Shown piece by piece: positions 25,806 to 37,323 of a stretch of 64,000 bases of DNA. Where the stretch lies: the NCBI RefSeq assembly GCF_009834535.1, contig NC_045696.1, forward strand, positions 52,826,001-52,890,000. The letters are read 5' to 3'. The notes beneath the pieces were generated by a model. The model saw only the letters and a list, made by a program, of their open reading frames with translations, ran no database searches and was not told the DNA's origin. Within the stretch, counting starts at the first letter, position 1. Every line of letters begins with the position of its first letter. The stretch is from Camelus ferus. Lineage: Eukaryota. Position numbers and translations under genes: made by a program.

Positions 25806-25824
25806 CACGTGTTGAGCACACGTG
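25806..25824. promoter_or_regulatory. Tandem canonical E-boxes CACGTG-N7-CACGTG
   Basis: TCCACGTGTTGAGCACACGTGGA read directly. Confidence 0.4.
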
Positions 25825-28800
25825 GAAGTGGACTTTGTAAAAGTGTATGGACATTAAGGTAACTGAATATTATATATTATAAACATAGGTACATAAAATA
25901 CATAAAATAAATTAGATAAGTATTTAAAATTCATTAGACAAATATATCTAATATGTATCTAATGAGCATCAATGCATACATAATGGTTATTTATAATGTA
26001 CCATAGAGTTATGTCTGTGCCTGGGTGCACACAAGGAATAGACTGGAATCTGAGTGTACTGTGATGGTGGAGAGTGTGGGAGAAGGTGCATGTTAGTTTC
26101 TTAGGGTTCTGGAGATTAATTGGATTTATACGTGCGATACTTGGTTCATGAGATGCCCACTCTTTATGTTAGCTGCTATTATTATTACCATTATTATTAT
26201 TACTATTAATAATATTACAATCATTAGTAGGTAAGATGAAACTGCTGTCATGATAAGGAGCTGAAAACAAGCATTTTCTCATTGATACCTGGGATAATAG
26301 CCTACAGAAATAGATGAGGCTGAAAGGGTTGTCTGGTTATCTTCACAGCATGGGGTATTTTTAGGATTTTTCTCCCAGTTTTCCTCCCATCCCAGTGGAA
26401 TCTGATTGGAGAACCCATTTCTGGGAGTGCCAGGTGAGGGCGGGTGCATCGCTTCCTCTGTCTGGCTGTTCTGATGCTGGCCCACCTACAGCAGCACCAA
26501 TCTCCCTGCAGGGGGAAGCAAGCCAGGTGGACTGCAGATTTCTGCAAGCCTGGTTAGTTTGTGGGTTGGGTTTTAATTTTTTTCAAACTTTGATTTGTTT
26601 TCAGAGAGAGCTTTAGACAGCTGTATTAATCATGCAAACCCAGCCATGTGCAATGTGTTTTATCAATGGAGAAACAGGAACGGAATGGCAAGCAGCTGTG
26701 AACAAACCTAGTGCAGTGCCTGAACTTGGAAGATAATCTCAACATTTCCCAAACCCATTCGCCACATGGGGTTAGTGAATGGAAAGGCTGTTCACTGGGG
26801 ATAAATAATCAGATGCGAGGCAAACAAGGGAGACAGATTCCAGGGCTGTTAACTTTTTTTTTTTTAAAGTGGCAGTAATCAGAGGATGGGCTGATTGTGG
26901 CCAGAAAGCCCCGAGCTCAAGGGAATTCTTCACTTGCAGGTGATAAACACACAACAATGGTGGTTTGTCCTTGTCCTTTTCTCTTCTTTCCCTTCATTTG
27001 AACTTCCTGAGGTGGGTGTTGTCACCTCATTCTGCACCTGCGGTCCTAAATGTGAGAGCATCTCTAGTGCACAAGTAAACTTATGGGGAGGAGACAGGCG
27101 CAGTGTTACCACTTCTTAGGATTCCAAGGCCTCAGGAAATGATTTGAGCTTAACAAAGTGAGAAAATTTCCCTCAGACATTTAGAGCTGGCTCTTCCGTC
27201 ATTTTGACAATTCAGTGGATTTTCTGCAGTGATACAGTCAGGGGTAGTTATGCAAATATATGCAATTCAGGACTCATATCAGAATAAATAAACCTAAATT
27301 AAAATTAATGGGGAAAAAAACACCTATCAGAAACATAAAAAATGGAACACTATTTGTTTTATTTACTTATATATATGTATATCTTTTAAATTAGGCAGCA
27401 GGGAAGCATGGTGGTTTATTTTGTTTGGTTGGTTTGGTTTTGTTTTTGGCATAAAAGGAAAGGACATTTGAAAATTTCTGATTGGCCACAGACAATGTAA
27501 ATTATCCTTTGGTGTAATTCCAGTATTATTATTATCACTGCAGAAAATCAAGCAATATGATGAAGGAAACCCAAGGGAAAAACATTTGATTTATTGAGCC
27601 TTGTTTTTGTTTAATCACAGCTTGAAGGGGTTTAGACGGCATTCCTGCTGCGATTCTGCTGTTTATCCCCAGTCAGCTTGATGAGCCGTAGAGTGGGGGT
27701 AGGAGGGGTGACCCGCCAATGAGAGATATTAACAGTGAAGCAGCTGAGATTAAACTTGCGTTTCTGTTAATGGAAAGTAGAAAAGTTCTCTCTTTTTTTT
27801 ATGATGGGAGGACAGAAGAGGAGCCTTGGGATTTTCAAAACACCTTAAGGAAATTAATTGGCTCAAAAATCCTTCAAGCCATTTGCATCAACCAACTGCC
27901 TATAGACACCTTAACACTTCAGGGTGGAATGGTAGGATTCTACATAGATGTTGACAATATATACTATTTAATTAAGTGAAAGTGTTTCATGCTTTAGTTA
28001 TGACCACAGTGAAGCAGGCATTTTAGATGTTTTGGTACTCCAGGGGCACTATGAAAAAGGTTAAGGATTCCATATGTTGAAAGTTTTTTTTTTTCCATAA
28101 GAAACTGCATTTCACATGGGTTGCCAACTTGATTGGAAAGAAGAGGAGAAAAGAGTTTTGATTCTAGAAAGTTAAAGTCCTCGTGAGAAACAGGGAAGTT
28201 GAGAGGGCACTGTCTTTCTATAATAACCTCTCACACCAGCTACCCCCAAGTCTCCATGAACAGCTTTTCAATTTCTACTAGCAGAAGCCCTCAGTATTAG
28301 TAGTAAGAGAAACTATATTCTCTAAAACTATTGGCTCTAAGGAAGCTATCTACAGTCTATCTACAACACAAAACCAAACGAGGGTCATTCTCCAATCAAC
28401 AATTCTGTTTGTGGAAAAATATCAAGTTCAACAAAACCCCACATGCTCTGTCCTGATCCAGACTGTTTTTCAATATCAAACAGCTGTCCTTTGTGAACAG
28501 TGTGTCTGGCTTCATTTTGTTCAGTGTCTTACATTTCATAAAGACTGATCAGATAAAATATTTGAGTTGTGGCTGCAGAACTGCTCTCACAAAGGACACC
28601 CTGAGTCACAGTGACACTCTACAAAGCTCATCTTGGATGGAGCACGACCTCTTTCAAAATGCTATCCACTGGGTACAAATGTGTATGTGTGTGTGTTTGT
28701 CACATCAAGATCTCTGCAAGATGTCAACATGATAAAATGGTGTCAATCTCTGCAGCAACACCAGAAGATAAATGTCTTAAAATAATTGTGGCATGTCAGG

Positions 28801-30060
28801 AATTCAAAATAGGATACTTTCCATGAACACTAAGTTTCATGTCAAGTCTGAAAAACAGGCACATTTTAACAGTCTTATTTTTAGTGGCGGGGATAAGTAA
28901 CAGATTTCATCAATGTTTCAGGGAAGAATTTTATTCAACAGAGTTCTTCTAAAAATAGTTTGGGCCCTACTTAAAATTTGAAAATAACTTTTATTAAGCT
29001 GTCGAGTTCATCCTTGAAACCTTGCACTTCTTATTTCTAATATAATTAAAATAAGTTTGCATATACGTGAATGTATACATATGCAAAACATTGTATTATT
29101 GACACTCTGCATATCTACACCCCATTCTGGCCTAATTTTTAGTTTGGACAAGTGTTAATGAAACACGATCTGTCTCCAAACTTATAAAACAGCAGCTTTC
29201 TACCTTTAATTCTGAGCGCATTTCCCTTATAGTGTATACAATAATCTTGTTTAATTGGATTTATTTTTTTCCACACTAGGCCCCACATGGCCTACTTCCA
29301 TTTTTTCTCAGGTCTTTGAGTGTCACTTGCAAATCACTTTTCTTGAACTTAATTTCATTGGTAGGGTTGGTTTTATATCAGATTTTTTTTGTATTGTTTT
29401 AATTTTATTTGCCAATTTGCCTTTAAATAGCCTTAAGCCAGAAAGTTGGGGCTGCAACTTGCATCTTAATGTGATGTAGGAGGCAAAATTTAATTTGAGT
29501 GTGTAGAAAGTTCTATGATAGGGAATACAGAATGACTACTTTGTTTTTTCATTTGTGTTTTCTAAAATAGTTATGTTGAAAAGGAAAAGCCCCCAAATAG
29601 ACCAGGATTTTAAGAAAAAGTAATGTCCGCTGTGGTTTAGTTCAACCTTTGGTAGTAGATAAATTCATTTTTACAAGCAATACCAGTGACCTCAGATTTG
29701 GATTGTATAAGCCTACAAATGCATGGGTGGTCAGTTAGAGGAGTCATATTTTTATGAGCTACAGACTTTAACTGGCTGTGTTTCAAATATGTGAATTCAT
29801 GGTTACCTGCAATAAATACTAACTGAACAAAAATTGCTTTCTGAGTTTAGCATTGTCTCCCCAATTACTGGGACCTGTTACCTGCCTCTCAACTAGGGTG
29901 AGGGCAATTGATTGACCTTTGGAGGAAGGTTTAAAGAAAAAAAAAATGATTCCTATTGTCCGTGAATTTTGTAAACGTGTTTCCCTTTGTGGGTTTTGCC
30001 CATTATAGGTGATGGAGAATGACCCAGCAACAGAGCTACAACGATAAAAATCATACTGAC

Positions 30061-30096
30061 CTTGAATGGGGTGGGGGATTGTGGGTAAAACACGCT
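30061..30096 (-). CDS. LSAMP: LSAMP alternative microexon A, 36 nt: (K)RVLPTIPHPIQ
   Basis: Acceptor TTTTTTCCCCTTTAG|AG, donor CAAG|GTCAGT. Phase 1-1, multiple of 3. The peptide matches the insert of the long LSAMP isoform as recalled. Confidence 0.9.
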
Positions 30097-32704
30097 CTAA
30101 AGGGGAAAAAATAGTAAGCGTCACAGAGAATTTATAAAATAGATATAGATATAGATACACCTTATTCATGTTTAGCTACTCAGGCAATTATAAAACAGAC
30201 GGATTCTCATGCCTATAGGATCACATCTCCCATAAAGCGTTTCTCTGTCCTTCCTGCCAGCAGTAAATTATCAGAGAGCTATTGGGAAAATTTTAAATCC
30301 AGAGCCTTTAAAAAAAATTAGCTAGAGTAGGGGTGACCCTACAAACAGGACCCTACCTTCTTCTGGAAAACCCACCAAAAGTATATATTTCTTGGAGGGG
30401 TGTGGGGTTGAGAGTGTTTAAATTAGTAGTGATCAACTTCAGTTCATGCGTCTCGGCCCTGGTTCTGGGCTCCTTCACTGATGACAGATGGACCTATGGC
30501 AGCTAAGGACTCTGTTCCTCTCTCTAAGCCCTGCAGCTCATATCAGCTTTAGCCAAGCATACTTCTCTACATTCCTCCCAGTAGCTTGGTTGAAGACCAA
30601 TGGCAAATGAAAATCAACAAAAATCAAAACCACACCATAAAATGAAAAGCACAGGTGCATATTCCATTCTGATCTGCCTGCCGTCTCGTATCATAAGCTC
30701 AGAAGAGTAGATTTTGCCTGGAATTTGGGCACTCCGTGTACCTGGACAGGACGTTTCCTTGCAGAATGAGCTTTCTAGATGAAAGTTATGGCTTAAATGC
30801 CAAAGTTTCTTAAGTGCATTAAGATGGAGCTGGTCAATAGCACATTGAAAAATTGTATCTTAGTTACACAAGTGTCAAGGGAAAAAAAATGTTTTAAACC
30901 TCCACTGGTTATTTGGTATTAAGTTTCCACTTTGAAAATAGATAGTTAAAACTGCTCTCAGTATTTATATAGCAGTTGGAGACCACTGTCCTGTATTATA
31001 CTCTATCCTATTTTATTTTTATTATTACTATTATTATTCAGACTGTTTCAGTGATTCAGCTTAGTATTTTCTCATCACACTGTTTGCAGCTGGGTAAATG
31101 CACTCTGTCCTCATTTAGACAAGACCATTTATATTGCTAAGCCATCTCACCCACCCTCCTCTCATTGCCTCTTCAACGGCTTCCCAGCTTATTATTACCG
31201 TCTTAGCCCCACCCTGTCATCATCATCTTAGCCCCATCACACCCCATTAGTTCCTCTCGTTCTCTTAATTCCATCCGATTGACTTATTCCTCCGATACTT
31301 CCCCATCCCAGCTTTTTATCTTTATTCTTCCACCATCATTTCGCTGTATTTTATGTCAGGGTTTGCGGGCTCTGGTAAGAGTACAAAGTGAAGTAAATAC
31401 CACTTAAAATAAAAAAAGATATTTCCAACTTTTGATATTCAAAGTAGGGGAGACCAGCAACTTTGGTGCTGTGTGCCCTGTCCTTTGGCTGCTAATATTC
31501 GAGGAGGTCAATATAGCTTAGCAACCGACTGGGAGGTTTTAGGAACAGAACGCTGAGGTTGACCCCTATACTATCTGCTGTGGCTCTTAGTAAGTCTTAA
31601 TTCTGCGCTTTAGTTTCTTATCTGCTAAATGGGGTGGGGGTGTTACCGGCTGATTCTGCTGGGATACGGTGAAAAACATTAAAAAAAAAATGTTAAATTG
31701 GCATTAACGCATCACAAGAAACCTCTCTGAATTAAAAGCACCTAAATGACACAAGCTGGAGTTGAGGTTAGAGTGTGTCTATAGAGGTAATTTGTTAACT
31801 TAGATTTGGTTTTCCTTTATTTTCCAATGGGTATTGCAGGTGTTCAATGTTCTTTCTGGAAGTAGGCATATTCATCGCCTGCTTTTAAAACAAAAATGAG
31901 TCTTGCTGCCCATCTATTTCCTACTGTATCCGCAGAGAACCCTTATAAGGATTTGGAAGCCAGTCTTTCAAACTACACGTACATAGTGTTCACATAAGTG
32001 CTCAAACTGCTTTATTATGTGGCATCCAGAAGTAGCTGGTTAAGAGGCTTTGCCAAGTCTTAACTAGCATCATCAAGAGTTGTATGTTTAAGTTCTGGGT
32101 CCTAAAGATAATGACTTAAATTGGCTTCTGAAGAAGCGGGGAGGCCCTCATTTTAAGGGCTCTCTCCAGGGCTGGGTTGCTTAGGTAGTACTTGAGATTG
32201 AATCAACTATAGGTTTATAAGTTCATGATTTTTTAAACTTAAAAAGAAAATTTAAAAACCTCCTACACACTGATGTGGTGTGGCACAGAGCAGATTTCTT
32301 TGTATTTTTATTCACTGTACTCGGTAGCCTCAAAACACCTGACCAAGCCACACGTTTCTCTAAAGTAGAAGGTAACTGATCCATACGACTGTCCTTCTTT
32401 AACATGTTGACTATTCCCCTCTTAGGGTCAAAAGCTGAGCACCAGGCTGGAACATGTGCTCAAAATCTCAGTGTGCTACAGATAAGCCAACGGTCCGACT
32501 AATGGAGTGGACCCAGGCTGATGAGGGGGATGGAAATGGAAGTGGGAGGTGGCAGGAGTGGAGCTCGGGGGTGGGAAGGGAGATAACAATGTCTAGTCAG
32601 CGAAAAGACCTCACTGTGGGAGAAAAGGAGAAAGAAGTTTGCCTCTAAACTACAAAATTTACCTCTAACATTTTCCCCACATGTACAAGTCTAGACAATG
32701 TGTT

Positions 32705-32900
32705 AGTCTAGAGCCTGGAGCCTGAAAGGAGATTACCTGAATTAAAATCCCAGCAGCATTACTTAGTTGCACTAGTTACTTAACCTCTTTGTATAACAGA
32801 GGAATATGAATACTTAGTGAGGTTGTCCTGATGATTAAACGGGGTCATGTATGTTGTGTCCAGCACATGCGCAGAGCACCTTGTACATACTCACTTGACA
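32705..32900 (+). mobile_element. MIR SINE remnant
   Basis: AAATCCCAGCAGCATTACTTA...AGTTACTTAACCTCTTTG...GAGGTTGTCCTGATGATTAAA. Confidence 0.6.
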
Positions 32901-35520
32901 AGAAGTAATGACACTGAAATCACCTCCCTTCTTCTTCCTCCCTAACTGTTGCTTTAAAAATAACTCAATGTAAGCAACAAAACAAGATAGGTTTCCTTTG
33001 TGGGTGCCTTGCAGTCATCAGTGTGGATACAAGGAATTTGTTATGTTATGACAATGGAACTTCTCTTGGCATCACCAAAATCCAAGTCTTCACCCATGGG
33101 ATGTATATTCCCACATCTGACAGAAACTAAGGAGCTGAATCCTTGCCCATACACATTGTACCATCGGATTAATGCGTTCAAGAAAAATAATGTAATGTAC
33201 ATTTTGCCTGGGATGAAGAAAAAGATTTAAAAGGCATTACTTGGATATATGGACTAAAGGACTATGGATCCATAACAAACAGAATGCTAGACTGCATGGA
33301 GAACAAGACAAATGAGGAAGGAATGCTTCCACTGGCTCAGGGAAAATCTCTGTGAATACAATGCATTCTTGCACTCTCATTCAATTATTTTGACCCCTTT
33401 GGAGATCAATATTTGCATAGAAAGTGAAGAAGCATATGTATGTATGTGGTGGAGGACAGGATGTATCGGTGACCGCAAACTGACACTGTGTACAAAGTCA
33501 GCACATGTCACTGCGGTGGACACTGAAAATGTGCTGATGCACCAATGAAGCTGGATAATCGTGAACTCTTTGGGGGCTCTGGCTCTGGGTTTCCACCTGC
33601 TGCTGCCTCTGGCTGGCAGCAGCTCACCAGCTGCCTTGTCTGCTCTAGACTGGCTGGGTCAGCAGAGCACCCCGCTGCCCACATAGCGCTCTCTGTCACG
33701 GGGGCTGGCTGCGGCTGCTCCTCCCAGCATCTCTCCCCTCCTGACCCTGTTCTGTGGAAAAGTACCGCCACCAATAGTGTCTTCCTTCTTCCCATTAAAC
33801 CGATGTACTTTGGATCAAGGTGATGGGCAATCTATTCACACATGCACTTTCTTTTTTCCTTTATCTTCCCTTTCTCTCCCCTGCCTTCTCTTTCTCTCTC
33901 TCTCTCTCTCCCTCTCTCAATTTCTTGCCAGTGGAAAATTGGCTACCATAGGGCCTCATTCCCAAGGATCTGCATTCCCAAGCTTTGAAGCTGTAACGAC
34001 ACATCTCCCAAACCCAAATCCTGGCGGCAGGGCAGGCATGGGGCAACTACCATTCCTGTTATGTAAGGAGCAGAGCTTCCCCCTTAAAATGTCCGCACTT
34101 GGGCCTTAGGTCTAAGAAATAGGGCAGTAGATTCACTAATTTGGGGCGATTTTAATAGCTTCTCTTCACCTCAAAGCCCAGTGATCCTTTGTGTTCTATT
34201 CTTCTCTAAGTACAACACCTCCTAAGCTTCCCATAAGGTGGGAAAGCGATTGCAAGGTGAATGCTGAGGCTTGCGCTGTCTCTGTGCTGCTCAAGGCAGA
34301 GCTGGTGCCTGGGTCAGCTGCTCTGCAGGGGTGGCGTGTGCCCACCGGAAGGAGGCGCACATCATTAATCCTGGCCCCGAGCGCTTCCCAAATAGATAAG
34401 GGAGGGTGACTTCTGTAAAATCATCAAGGGCAATGTGATCGTGAAACACTTGCCCAATTTCTTGAGTCTTAGTTTACAAACAGAAATCCTATAAGATTCT
34501 TGATATTTCTTAATTTTCCTGGGTAGAGTCCTTTAAGTGGGCTTTTGTGTAGCAGTGGTATTTTAGGGACTGAGACCTTTTACCCCCACGAGCTGACCAG
34601 CAGTATCCCTACTATATCTGATCTAGACCAGGCTCTCTCTTCTCCTCACATATTTTCTTTCTCTCTCCTTCCCTTTCTCTTTCTCTCTCTCTTTCGTACT
34701 TGTGTGAAACAGGCTACCACAGAGCCTACTCCATCCCCCCTCCACTTCCTCTGTCTCGGCCTATAGGTATCATTTTATTTATTTTTTGAAATATATCACT
34801 AGCGCTGTTCTTCTTCTGGGTGGCATAGGAAGAAAAGATACTTTAAATGCAAATTTATAGTTGCTCACTTTCTCTAATCCAATTATATCATTTTCTCTTT
34901 TCGAATCCCCAGAAAACCTCTTGTTAAGTGTATGTTGTTCTGTTTAACCAGGTCACCTGAGATTTGTCAAAATCTCAAATTCATAGCTGAGGCTATGTTT
35001 TTGCCCCCTATCTATGGAATCCTCAATGTCAGGAGTGAAACAGGTAAGTACATTTCTTAATAAGTATCTTCTCAAGTGTCTTGAGATATTGATGTCTCCA
35101 GCTAAAGCAAAGAACACTGATGTTTGGTTTTTGGAGACAAGTAAACAGAGATATGAATTTTAAACTTCACACTGATGCAGCCTTTGTAGTATAGCTGCAT
35201 CCCGTCCATCACACTTACAGACTGAAGTCAGTGGGAGTCCTAAATGAGAATCTGAAGGCCAAATACACAATAGTTTGTGGCTGATTTTTAATAAGTGGAG
35301 TTGGATCTTGAGCAGTTTTAAAATGGCTTTTAATACTACATTTCAAGGAAAAATCTCACCTAAATTGGTTTTTCTCCAAAAATATTTTTTTTATTAAAGA
35401 CTCATCTAAACTTAAAAGAAGATAGAGCCATTTCTCCTGACCACAGTATTTCTAGATTTTTTCCAACTGAGTGTGTACAGAAAAACAAACAACAAAAACT
35501 TCCTAGTGACATTATTGCAA

Positions 35521-35586
<66 letters not shown>
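35521..35586 (+). repeat. (AAT)22 perfect microsatellite
   Basis: Read directly; the source of the poly-N, poly-Y and poly-L ORFs. Confidence 0.98.
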
Positions 35587-35590
<4 letters not shown>

Positions 35591-36561
35591 TCTTTGGACT
35601 TTCTCCTTTAGTCCAAATGAACTTTCTGGCACAGCATGTGCTAGCTTTTTGGCTTGTTTTACTCATTCTGATAAACATTTCCCTTTTCTAAATGTCATCC
35701 TTCCCCCTGATCTCACCCATCATGCTCTGTTTCTCAGGAGGCATTTGATTCTATGCTCACAGCTAACAGGCCACCAAGGCAGGGCTCAGATGTCTGACTA
35801 TCACATGATGCTCAAGAGAAAGGCCCTAAGGTGGGCTCTCCCAGTAACACCAGTAACTTAAAACAACTTGTCCCTCCTTCATCTGCCTTGTGGAGCTTCT
35901 TTGGTCTTTGGTAGAAGAAGCTTTGCTCCTCTCTCTTAACATTCTGACCCACCTTCAAAAATATATCAGACAAGCAATGTTTCCTGCTGTCACACAGAAA
36001 CGTTTCTGCAACCATTTTTCCTCCTTTAGATTTTATATAATGTTTTAATCATTCATTCCACTCTTCCTCTTGTGTAGTTAAAAATACACTTTCTTTTTCT
36101 AGTCTCTCTCTTATCCCAGCACCTTAGCCATCCTCACTGAATACCTCTTCCCCAGTCCCTCCCATCACTGCCAGTTTTTAACTGTGATCCCTTTTCTAGG
36201 ATCTTACATCATCTCTGCTCCTTACAGAGGCCATCACCAAAGAGATTCTGTTCTCTGAATATTCTTATAGTTTAACTAACCATGAAAAAAAAATTAAAGA
36301 AACCCAAACATAAACAAACAAACAAACAAACAAAAACAAGGCAGTTATCAAAAGCAAACCAGATAAGGGAGGAAAGGTATTCCAGTTGTAAGTCTCACCT
36401 TATGCACAGGGACTGAGAACCTGTGTTTTTGCTTCAGTGGCTACACTCTGATTTTTGTGTAAGTTTACTTGTAAGAGCTAAGGGAATGATTTTTGAGTTT
36501 TCCAGGGAAGAACTCCATGGATTTGGTTCTTACAAGCTGGGCCCTGCTTTGGCATACTTAC

Positions 36562-36710
36562 TGAAAAGGACGAGGCTGGCATTGGTGACCCCCAGGTTGT
36601 TGGCAGCCACGCAGGTATAGTTGCCATAGTGCTCCTCAGTGACGTTGGTCACCGTCAGGGAGGACTGGCCCTCCGTGCTCTTAATCTCGAGGCCATTGGC
36701 ACTGTTTATC
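36562..36710 (-). CDS. LSAMP: LSAMP coding exon (exon 6 equivalent), second half of Ig domain 3: (R)[49 protein letters not shown]
   Basis: Translated by hand (absent from the ORF track). Acceptor CCCTTAG|G, donor TTCA|GTAAGT. 149 nt, phase 2-1. Contains the Ig Y-x-C motif (YTC) and N-glycosylation sequons NVT, NYT, NAS. Confidence 0.96.
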
Positions 36711-37202
36711 CTAAGGGTTCAAAGACAGAAGAGTCAAAGGAAACATTGATGAAGATGTGGCATAGTCATTTCCTTCTCATCCTTATATTAGAGAAAAAGA
36801 AGAGACAGGAAGTACTTGGAGCTTGTTGTTCCTGCTCACTTCCTCATTTTAATCACACAATCCTGTATGATCTAGAATCAAAGTACATGGATGGAGAAGA
36901 CTTGGGAATGGATGGATTTTACTGGCTCTGGTTTCTGCCATAGGTGAGAAAGACCCGCAGGTGGGAACTACCCACTGAACCACCTACCTCACTCTCTGCA
37001 AGTAACCTGAGTGATTTGGGGCTTCAGTCTAAGAGCTATGGACCCCAAAACACTTGGTAAAAAGCCTTGGAAAAGGAAGAGTCTAATCCTGTAGGCCTAC
37101 ATAATTACTCCCGGGCTTGGTTTTGTCATCAGGGCTTCTGGTCCCCCTTTTCGAGCACGGAGACCTCGTGGAGCGGGAGCGCACAGCAGGTTGGGCCCAT
37201 AC

Positions 37203-37323
37203 CTGGTGTCATCCCGGTACCACTCAAAGTCGGGCGCGGGCACCGCCGAGGCCTCACATTTGAGGGAAGCTTTTCGCCCTGTGGTGGCTTCATTGCTCTT
37301 GGATTCCGTGATAGTGGGAGGAT
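37203..37323 (-). CDS. LSAMP: LSAMP coding exon (exon 5 equivalent), first half of Ig domain 3: (Y)[39 protein letters not shown](R)
   Basis: Lies in ORF 37097..37387(-). Acceptor CCCACAG|AT, donor CCAG|GTATGG. 121 nt, phase 1-2. Confidence 0.97.

Noticed and set aside
35402..35691. Poly-Tyr, poly-Leu and poly-Asn ORFs
   Set aside because: Artefacts of the (AAT)22 microsatellite.
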